A stretch of DNA of 63,846 nucleotides, the filler included, from Octopus bimaculoides (taxonomy: Eukaryota): assembly GCF_001194135.2 (NCBI RefSeq). It is 9 parts of 7 records of this genome, joined end to end, with 100 filler letters (N's around TTAATTAATTAA, not from the genome) between each part and the next. Parts side by side here need not be neighbours in the genome. Positions count along the whole stretch, not along the records: positions 54,071 to 58,267 come from NC_068991.1; positions 58,368 to 62,510 come from NW_026352204.1; positions 62,611 to 63,846 come from NW_026393745.1; 6 more parts are not named here. One strand, written 5' to 3'. The notes under the pieces are model-generated. The model searched no databases, was not told where the DNA came from, and saw only the letters and a list, made by a program, of their open reading frames with translations. The position numbers and the translations under genes were made by a program. Below, piece after piece: positions 54,986 to 63,846 of this stretch (within the stretch, counting starts at the first letter, position 1; every line of letters begins with the position of its first letter).

Positions 54986-55559
54986 TATAAACATGGATGC
55001 ACACACATACACACACACACACACTTATTGTGGTATGGTTAAGAAGTTCACATAACAGTGCAAAGGTCCCTGGTTCAACCTCACTGTGTGGTATCTTAAG
55101 TAGGTATCGTCTACTCTACCTTCAGACTAGTTGATCAATCCTTGGCAGGGAAATTGGGTCGAAGAAAACTGTTGGGAAGCCCTATCAGATGGATTTTATT
55201 CAAAGGTCTAACCTCATCACTTCATGTTACGCTGATTTGGCCTAAAAACCTATATAATAATCTGCTTGTTCATTCACCCATTATACATTAGTTAGTTAGG
55301 AAGGTGGAGGTGGTGTGAGTGAGAGGTGGAGTAAGAGTGAGAAAGAGAGGGAGGAATGAAGAAAGAAGAGAGGAAGAAGTAGAGAAAGGTAGTTGATAGT
55401 AAAACACTTAGGCCAAATGACCAGCTGGAGGAAGAGGTGAAGAACAAGAGGAAAAGAAGGAGAGAGAAGTGTTAACGAAGGAATACTTATTATGTGGTTA
55501 AAATGTTAGCTGAAAGGAAAGGTAGATAGAGAGAGATGGACAGAGGAGGCAGTTATAGT

Positions 55560-55593
<34 letters not shown>

Positions 55594-55674
55594 CAGATAG
55601 TGGTGGTGGTGGTATGTTGATAGTGAAAAGCATTTTTTTTTTATTGAACTAATATTTTCTTTATAGCAACCATT

Positions 55675-56024
55675 ACTCTTTTACTTGTTTCAGTCATTTG
55701 ACTGTAGCCATGCTGGAGCACTGCCTTTAGTCGAGCAAATTGATCCCAGGACTTATTCTATCGGTCTCTTTTGTCCAACTGCTAAGTTACGGGGACGTAA
55801 ATACCAGCATCGGTTATCAAGCGACATTGGGGGGACAAACACACACATATACATATACATGTATACGATGGGCTTCTTTCAGTTTCCGTCTACCAAATCC
55901 ACTCACAAGGCTTTGGTTGGCCCAAGGCAATAGTAAAAGACACTTGCCCAAGGTGCCACACAGTGGGACTGAACCCAGAACCATGTAGTTGGCAAGCAAG
56001 CTACTTACCACACAGCCACTCCTG
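55675..56024 (-). mobile_element. SINE family A, near full length
   Basis: Reverse-complement match to 56176-56584. Confidence 0.9.
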
Positions 56025-56175
56025 CTTAAAGCTTGTGCAAAAGTGCAATTATTCATTGTCTGCTCACGTAAAAAAATTGATATTTGTTTGTAAGGGTTAA
56101 TTTAGCCTAAACTCTAGAATTCACAAGAAAGACTGTTGCAAGCTGCACGAGAAAGGATGCACAGATATAGAGCAA

Positions 56176-56584
56176 CAGGAGTGGCTGTGTGGTAAGTAGC
56201 TTGCTTACCAACCACATGGTTCCAGGTTCATTCCCACTGCATGGCACCTTGGGTAAGTGTCTTCTACTATAGCCTCGGGCCAACCAAAGCCTTGTGAGTG
56301 GATTTGGTAGACGGAAACTGAAAGAAGCCTGTCGTATATATGTATATATATCTAATATATGTATATGTGTGTATATGTTTGTGTGTCTGTGTTTGTCCCT
56401 TCAACATCGCTTGACAACCGATGGTGGTGTGTTTACACCCCCGTAACTTAGCGGTTCAGCAAAAGAGACCGATAGAACAAGTACTAGGCATCCAAAGAAT
56501 AAGTCCTGGGGTCGATTTGCTCAACTAAAGGCGGTGCTCCAGCATGGCTGCAGTCAAATGACTGAAACAAGTAAAAGAATAAAG
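56176..56584 (+). mobile_element. SINE family A, full length (tRNA head, central gcaccttgggcaagtgtctt block, internal TA/TG repeat, LINE-like tail)
   Basis: A/B-box-like head (tggtaag..ggttcattccc). Further partial copies at ~28958-29120, 52400-52550, 57455-57590, 58375-58530, 58670-59080, 59685-59800, 60880-61040 and 61510-61910. Confidence 0.9.
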
Positions 56585-57637
56585 AGAGTGAGAAGATATA
56601 ATAAAAAGAGGTAAAAGACAACACCGACGGAGACATGAGAAAAATGAATATAGACGAACGTCAAGAATATTTAAAGAAAGCTAAACTATGAATGCTATAA
56701 AAATGCAAATCATCCTTTCTTTCTTAAATTGGTCCTCTTAATTGTTTCTATTGAGTGGAATTTCCAAGAATCCCACTAGTTTACATTAATCATATATGTG
56801 TGCATGTGTGTGGAATATTGATCTACTTCTACATTAATTCATTGAGTCATTAGAGTCATGAGATCGTTAGTTGAATTTACAGTTGAAAACTCATTGTTGA
56901 AATAGAACAAGATTGAGTTGTGTGTGTGTGTGTGTGTGTGTCTGCGTGTGTGTGTCTGCGTGTGTTTGTGTGTATGTGTGTAAGCTTTTGTAAGTATGAA
57001 TGTGTATTTTCATGTGTGTGTGTTTGCATGTATTTGTATGTGTAAGTATATGTGTGTGTGTGTTATGATCTTTCTAAAAGATTTCTTTTCTCATGAGAAT
57101 AAAATGAAACAAAAGTCATTAACCCATTTCACACCAACTGAAACGACCTGGAAGTCGTTGACACAAAGATGCTTTGTTTAAAATATTCTTAAATTAAAAC
57201 TTTCATAATTACATGAAGTACTTACTCTTAGCTTAGATTAAAAAAAAAACGTTTCAATAAAGACAAAAGTTATTTCAATAAATTCTACCAAATTCTTGAT
57301 TATTTTCAAAATGGATTGCTACACTTAAGCAATGTATTTCTTTAGAGTTAAAGTTTAAATAACTTTGCTGCTGCCAACAATTGTTGCCTGAAGACATATT
57401 CTGGAATAGTCCATAGAACTGACTTCAATCTCTGGAATATTTTCTAAAAAACGGTGGCTGTGTTGTAAGAAGTTTGCTTCCCAAACACATAGTTCTGGGT
57501 TCAGTCCCACTGTGTGGCACCTTGGGCAAGTGTCTTTTATCATATCCTTGGCTTGACCACAGCTTTGTAAGTGGATTTGCTAGACAGAATCAGGAACTTC
57601 ACAGTGGCAGTTAGGGTGATAGTATCAATTAACAGAA

Positions 57638-57880
57638 GATGGATTCAGTATTAAATCCTTATTGGATACAACATATGTTTTGACCCATCAGGTACATCGA
57701 TAAAGATATGCCTCACTACAGATTTTTAGTGTCAACTGACTTGTTATATGTCCTAATTTGATGAACACATAACAACAAGTCACCCAACGCTAAAAATCTT
57801 TATCAATGTACCTGATGAGACCCAGACTGATGGGTCGAAACATATGTTGTGCCCAATAAAGGTTTAATACCGAATCCATC
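57638..57880. mobile_element. Foldback element with mirror hammerhead motifs
   Basis: gatggattcagtattaaa..catcaggtacatcgataaagat / atctttatcaatgtacctgatg..tttaataccgaatccatc; the inner arms are also inverted around a ~15-nt loop. Confidence 0.85.
57808..57852 (+). ncRNA. Minimal type I hammerhead ribozyme, fully canonical core
   Basis: GTAC-CTGATGA-GACCCA GACTGA TGGGTC-GAAA-CATATGT-T-GTGC: 6-bp stem II, palindromic stem III ACATATGT. The mirror copy at 57666-57695 (minus) has lost stem II between two ctgatg repeats. Confidence 0.8.
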
Positions 57881-58267
57881 CGAGACCTGACTTCTCACTG
57901 AGACCTTTGGAAATATGCTGTGTGACTTCTGACCGAGACCTTTGGAAATATGCTGTGCATGAAAAGACCTGGCAAGCCAAGTGAGACCAAAATCCGAGGA
58001 CTCTGCCAGGGAAGTAGCCAGTCCACTTACGTGTAACATTCCTTCATTGGACACTAAACTCCGCTTGCGAAGACCTGTTGAGGCAAGTGAAATCGAAATC
58101 GAACTAAATTTGTAGACTGGCACTCATGCTAATGTCTCTTTCATTGAACACTAAACTCGGCTTGCGAAGACCTGTTGGGGGAAGCGAAAGCAAAATCGTG
58201 ATGTCACCTGTACCAGTAGATCACAAAGAGCACCGTCCGAGCGTGATCGTTGCCAGAGCACCAGCTG
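57881..58267. repeat. Unclassified repeat with internal tandem duplications (~34 bp and ~100 bp)
   Basis: gagacctttggaaatatgctgtg x2; ttcatt.gacactaaactc.gcttgcgaagacctgttg x2. Confidence 0.65.
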
Positions 58268-58367
58268 NNNNNNNNNNNNNNNNNNNNNNNNNNNNNNNNN
58301 NNNNNNNNNNNTTAATTAATTAANNNNNNNNNNNNNNNNNNNNNNNNNNNNNNNNNNNNNNNNNNNN
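58268..58367. other. Artificial scaffold linker
   Basis: 44 N + TTAATTAATTAA (58312-58323) + 44 N. Confidence 0.97.
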
Positions 58368-58528
58368 ATATATATAGCGTATTTGTGGTATGAAGCTTGC
58401 TTCCAAACCACAAGGTTCCGGGTTCAGTCCCACTGCATAGCACCTTGGGCAAGTGTCTTCAACTATAGTCTCGTACTAACCAAAGCGTTGTAAATGGATT
58501 TGGTAGACAGAAGCTGAAAGGAGCCCGT

Positions 58529-58564
<36 letters not shown>

Positions 58565-59081
58565 CGTCTATGTGTGTTCATCTGTCTGTCTACGTATGTG
58601 TATACAAATATATGTATGTACATGTACACACACACGTGTGTGTGTGTGTAGATGTATATATGTATATCAGGTGTGACTGTGTGGTAAGGGGCTTGCTTCC
58701 CAACCACATGGTTCCGGGTTCAGTCCCACTGCGTGGCACCTTGGGCAAGCGTCTTCTATTATAGCCTTGTACCGACCAAAGTCTTGCGAGTGAATTTGGT
58801 TGATGGAAACTGAAAGAAGCCCGTCGTATATGTGTGTGTGTGTGTGTGTGTGTGAGTGCATGTGTGTGCGTGAGTGTGCGCGTGCGTGTGTGTTTGGCCC
58901 TCCCCACCATCGCTTGGCAACCGATGCTGGTGTGTTTACGTCCCTGTAACGTAGCTGTTTGGGGAAAAGTCTGATAGAATAAGTACTTGGCTTACGGGGA
59001 ATATACCCTGGAGTTGATTTCTTCGACTAAAACTTATCCCCTTTAAGGTCACTGAAACAAGTAAAAGAATAAAAGAATATA

Positions 59082-59586
59082 CAGGATTATTCAAAAAGAA
59101 TGAACCGATTTCATTACGCAATATTTTAATAAGGAAAAGCAATAGAAACCTCCAGCTGAGTCACAAGTATTTACTCACAATCAACTTTTATTTCCTGTCT
59201 TACAAAGTGTTGAATGTGGCCACCACTTGTAGCATGGGTTACATTAATGCGGTAAGAGAATTCCTCCCAGACTCATATCAGCCTATCACGACCCACTGAG
59301 TTGATCACTGTTGTTAATCGACGTCTAAGGTCATCGGGGCTAATGGGTAGCGGTGGAGTTTTGTATGTTTTGAATGGCTGCTACAGGGGTGCCTTCCGGC
59401 AACTTCCAGTTGTTTATTTACACTCAGAATGGCGTGTCCTCAGCAAAAAAAGGCGTTCTGCGTTCTCGAGTTCGCGAAAACGAATTCGGTTGTCACGGAG
59501 AAGCCAAACTGTTTATATACTCAACAAATGCAGCAGTTACTCTATGAAGGAGCCCCTAATTTGCATACCGAAACTGTTTAACACCC
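59082..59586. mobile_element. Rearranged Tc1/mariner-derived element
   Basis: Transposase N-terminus on + at 59429 (MACPQQKKAFCVLEFAKTNSVVT); C-terminus on - at ~59190-59340 (VWEEFSYRINVTHATSGGHIQH). Confidence 0.7.
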
Positions 59587-59656
59587 TATATTTATCAGCA
59601 GCCTGTCAATGGGGATCTTAGTCCACACAGCATCAAGGTATGATATAACATATATG

Positions 59657-59687
<31 letters not shown>

Positions 59688-60261
59688 CGACGAGCTTCTT
59701 TCAGTTTCCGTCTACAATATCCACTTACAAGGCTTTGGTCGGCTCGAGATTATATAGAAGACACTTGCCCAAGGTGTCACACAATGGGACTGAACTCGGA
59801 ACTATAAGCAGCAGAAGAAAATTATTAACAAGTCATAAACAACAATTACATTACATTTTCTTAAATTAATGAGAACCTTGTCGCTGTACATTTTTGCTTA
59901 ATTTCTCAATATCAGGTGTATAGTTCAGGTGCATAATTTAGCAGCTAAGTGGTTTAAACAGCATCTGATGGTATGTCCCAAAGTTTGATGCCACGGAATA
60001 GAAATTTTAATACGAATTATAAGCAGCGCGAAGTAAATGAAACTAAATCGAACGCACATACAGAAGGTAGGTGTGTTGTTAGTCCGTGGACATGTAGTCA
60101 TAGTCGGCGATATGCACAAGGTGACACACAGAGGGACTGAACCCGGGACAACGTAGTTGAGAAGCAAACGTCTTGATGAACGCACACGCTCGCGCGCGCG
60201 TGCGCAACTTTAACTGCTTTACTTGCAAATCTTAGTGTACTTTGCATTCTTTACGTAAGAA

Positions 60262-60270
60262 GTGATGATG

Positions 60271-60301
<31 letters not shown>

Positions 60302-60309
60302 CGGTGGTG

Positions 60310-60341
<32 letters not shown>

Positions 60342-60515
60342 GGTGGGGATGATGACGATGATGACAATCATGGCGACGATCATGATGACCTCGATGACGA
60401 TGACGATGATGACGACGACGATGATGATGATGATTATGATGAAGATGATGTCGGTGAGGCGTCGACGAGGACGACGATGATGATGGCGATGATGATGGTG
60501 ATGATGGTGTTGACA
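60262..60515. repeat. (GAT)n/(GAC)n microsatellite
   Basis: Visible; source of the poly-M/H/I ORFs. Confidence 0.95.
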
Positions 60516-60750
60516 TAGTCCAAAAAAAAATTCCTCGTTGTTTACGTATAGAAAAGCAGGAGTGAAAAATAATCTGGAGATAAAAACGGTCGCTTCATTG
60601 AGACTGCCAAAAGTTGGAAGGTGCCAGGAGATTCGAAGCGAGTTTTTGGCATTAAAAATTCTGTGTCTTGTCACTGAATTATAAATTAGCGAAATGATAA
60701 AGAAAAACCAATCTGGAAAAGTTGATAGAAAAACGAAAATATTGCCTAAA

Positions 60751-60803
60751 GAATCTCGAAGAATCTCGAAGAATCTTGAAGAATCTTGAAGAATCTTGAA
60801 GAA
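60751..60803. repeat. 10-bp tandem repeat (GAATCTYGAA)x5
   Basis: gaatctcgaa gaatctcgaa gaatcttgaa gaatcttgaa gaatcttgaa gaa. Confidence 0.95.
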
Positions 60804-61112
60804 GTCACAGCCATGCAGACGGTTCTTAATCTGGAAGAGTAATTAGAAGAAAGAAGGGAAGAAAGAAATTATATATAAAAGGTGTGGCCGAATGGTTAAG
60901 AAACTCGCTTACCGACTACTTGGTCTTGGGTTCAGTCCCACTGTGCAGCGACAAGTTAGATAGGCAAGTGTCTTCTACGATAGCTATCCACCGCCCTTGG
61001 CTGACCAATACCTTTTGTGTGTGAATTTGATAGACGGAAAACTCTATAGAAATCCAGCAATATACGGTGAGGACGGTGTTTGTGGTTTTAAAACTACGCT
61101 TATATAGAATAA

Positions 61113-61301
61113 AAAGTTTTGAATGGTACAACAATGCACTATGATAATATTTCGGAATAAAATTCCTTCTTCAGATATTCTTAGAATATCTGAAGAAGGA
61201 ATTTTATTCCGAAATATTATCAGACTATGGATGACTAAATTACAACAGGTATATAGCCCATTGTTTGTATTAAAGTGCATTGTTGTACCATTCAAAACTT
61301 T
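61113..61301. mobile_element. Foldback element: perfect 28-bp outer TIRs plus a perfect 40-bp/1-nt-loop inner palindrome (61142-61222) carrying mirror HHR motifs
   Basis: aaagttttgaatggtacaacaatgcact / agtgcattgttgtaccattcaaaacttt; the right arm has ~51 extra bp. Confidence 0.9.
61140..61177 (-). ncRNA. Minimal hammerhead motif with an extra A after A9 (mirror copy at 61187-61224, +)
   Basis: TAT-CTGAAGA-A-GGAAT TTT ATTCC-GAAA-TATTAT-C-ATA; stem I is only 3 bp. Confidence 0.45.
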
Positions 61302-61951
61302 ATTCTTTACAAACAATGCACAATGCTTCAAGCGAACTACAATACTCTCCAACGCTTATATAATAACAGGAAAAAACTGTATTTTAAAGAAAATAACATA
61401 AACATAAAGGTAAATTATCAGTTTAAGAATTCCAGTCTATAAAACCACCATAAGCATCAATAAATGCTTCTACGTGGGGTCAAATTCGTATCGTTCTCAA
61501 GTCTCTGAGTGTTTCTGCTTGTGTTTGTCCCCCTCTTCACAGCTTGTTCATCGGCGTTGGTTTCTTTATGTGCCTGTAACTTGGCGGTTCGGCAAAAAGA
61601 AACCGATAGCGCAAGTGCCAGATTTAAAGAATTAATGCAATATGTACTAAATCTCGACTAAAACCTCGTCAAGATAACAGGATATTAGTTATGGCTGTGT
61701 GGTTAATAATCTCGTTTTGTAGCTAAGTGGTGCAATCATCCTGCGCGGCACCATGTGGGTAATTTTGTTGACGGAAACTGTGTGGAAGCACATTGTTCCA
61801 AGTTCGGTACCACTGCGTGGCCTCTTGGGAAACTGTCTCTGTTATAGCTCCGTGTCAACCAAAGCTTTTTGACTGGATTTAACAGATGACAACTGAAAGA
61901 ATCCCGTCGTATGTGTGTGTGTGCTGTGTGTGTGTGTGTGTGTGTGTGTGT

Positions 61952-61985
<34 letters not shown>

Positions 61986-62414
61986 TTAGATAGATATATA
62001 CATACACACCTACACACGCACGCACACACACACATGTATATACACATGCACAAACACACGCATATATACATGCACACACACACTCAAACACACACACACA
62101 CACACACACATTCAAGCATCTTTCTAGTCCCACACAGTCTACTACAGTGAAACACGACTTCAGTCCAAACATGCGGAATCGCATACGGACGTAATAAGGC
62201 GAACCGCATCACAGCGCGGAGCACGGCGCTACATCTCTCTATACCTACACATACGAGTGTGTGTGTGAATATATATATATGTTATACATAAATGTCGAAC
62301 CAGCCTGGCTCCTCTGCACAGCGTCAGCCTAATACAATACCTGGGCGACGCACAGACTCTCACCGAATCAGGGAAACATGACCATTTTAATTAAAATAAC
62401 TCCAACGAACAAGT

Positions 62415-62439
62415 CCGGAAATTGCGTCATCATGGCGGC
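62415..62439 (+). promoter_or_regulatory. Possible CpG-rich promoter motif cluster (ETS-like CCGGAAA, CRE-like TGCGTCA, YY1-like ATGGCGGC)
   Basis: ccggaaattgcgtcatcatggcggc within CpG-retaining unique DNA; motif match only. Confidence 0.25.
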
Positions 62440-62510
62440 ATTGTTTAATAAGCGAACACGAAGAATTGGAGATTGTTGTATAGCGTTTGTGTGTGTGTGT
62501 GTGTGTGTGT

Positions 62511-62610
62511 NNNNNNNNNNNNNNNNNNNNNNNNNNNNNNNNNNNNNNNNNNNNTTAATTAATTAANNNNNNNNNNNNNNNNNNNNNNNNNNNNNNNNNN
62601 NNNNNNNNNN
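62511..62610. other. Artificial scaffold linker
   Basis: 44 N + TTAATTAATTAA (62555-62566) + 44 N. Confidence 0.97.
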
Positions 62611-63140
62611 TACAGCAGTGCTTGGAAGGAAGGTGTGTAACGTGTGATCGTCGCATTGACAATGACAGAGAGAGGTGAGCAGAGAATCTGCATCAAATTT
62701 TACCACAAGCTGGGCGATACCTACTCAGAGGCCGACGCAAAGTTTTCAAAGACTTTTCATCGTAATCGACATAATGAATGAGATCTTGTGCAACTTAAAC
62801 CCGAGTGGTCTTTGGTCAGCTGAAAGCAGTTTTGGCACAAACTGGGCAGACACGTATCTTATACCCAAATCTTCAGTGATAATGGACTCAGTTGAACCCT
62901 AACTAATCTGCACATCCTCTGATTACTCACGGATGGTGATTTGAAGATTTCCCTTCACAGCTGCACGCATATCTGAGATGTTTTTCTCAGTTCTGCAGTT
63001 TGCGGGTCTCTCGGAACGTTCGTCAATATCGGCCACCTTGGAAACGTCTGAACCAGTCGTACACTTGCGAGCGGCTCATACACTCCTTTCCATACACTTT
63101 CTGCAACTTTGTGTCATCCTCTGAACAGGTATCGCTATGA
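62611..63140. mobile_element. Mariner transposase remnant with opposed pieces
   Basis: + strand from 62662: MTERGEQRICIKFYHKLGDTYSE. - strand 63135 to ~62750: KLQKVYGKECMSRSQVYDWFRRF...FVPKLLSADQK. Confidence 0.85.
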
Positions 63141-63168
63141 CAACTTCCTCTATCATAATAGTAGCAGT

Positions 63169-63203
<35 letters not shown>

Positions 63204-63846
63204 TAGTAGTGGTAGTAAGAAGAAGTGTATGCACATACATATATACATGCATCCATAGATACATACACAAATACATGCATATATAAATACACACACGTAT
63301 ACAGACATACACACACAAACTCTCAACACCTACATACACACACACTCATACATACATACGCATACATACACACGCATATACACGCATACACACACATATT
63401 TACACATACACATACACAGAAAAATACACATATGCACATACATACATACATACATACATACATACATACATACATGCAAACATAACCATGTGTATTTGCT
63501 CCGCTGTGTGTGTGTGTGCCTACGTATGTATATTCAACTCACACCGGACGTTGTAATTTATGCAATCCGTGTGAGTTAACTTCCTTACTGTTAGTTTCTC
63601 ATTAAATCTTCCACGCTCCTACATTTCCTTGTCGGTTGGTTTCTCTCTCGCTCTTTCGCTTCACGATTCGTTCGTTCTTTCGTTCTCTCCTTCGCAGTCG
63701 CGTCGTGTAAGTTGACAGACAAACACCTCCCTTTAAGCAATTTACTCACCATTAATCAAAGACTGGAAAAAGGAAAGACAAGAAGAGACACGAGGGTGGT
63801 GGTTGTGGTGGTAGTAGCAGTAGTAGTAGTAGTAGTAGTAGTAGTA

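Overview
Eukaryotic, repeat-dense, AT-rich DNA with abundant CA/TA/TATG/AAT microsatellites. The repeat content looks like an octopus genome, probably Octopus bimaculoides; this is recalled from memory, not searched. The window is not one contiguous locus: eight artificial 100-bp spacers (44 N + TTAATTAATTAA + 44 N) join nine scaffolds, so adjacency across them carries no biological meaning. I cannot confidently call any intact host protein-coding gene, and nearly all ORF-track entries are microsatellite or N-gap artefacts. Supportable features are decayed Tc1/mariner transposons (DD34D, DD37D, DD34E), R4/Dong-type restriction-like-endonuclease (RLE) LINE fragments, RTE and CR1/L2-group LINE fragments, Penelope-like element (PLE) RT and GIY-YIG fragments, three tRNA-derived SINE families and several minisatellites. 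The main observation is five unrelated-sequence foldback (MITE-looking) elements whose arms each carry a mirror-image, outward-facing minimal type I hammerhead ribozyme (HHR) motif, intact or decayed, with a palindromic stem III. A related motif sits directly downstream of the PLE GIY-YIG ORF. Two families show compensatory changes at the C3-G8 tertiary pair (A3-U8, U3-A8). Scaffold 12266-28857 is strongly CpG-decayed, is probably a methylated gene body, and has only weak exon candidates.
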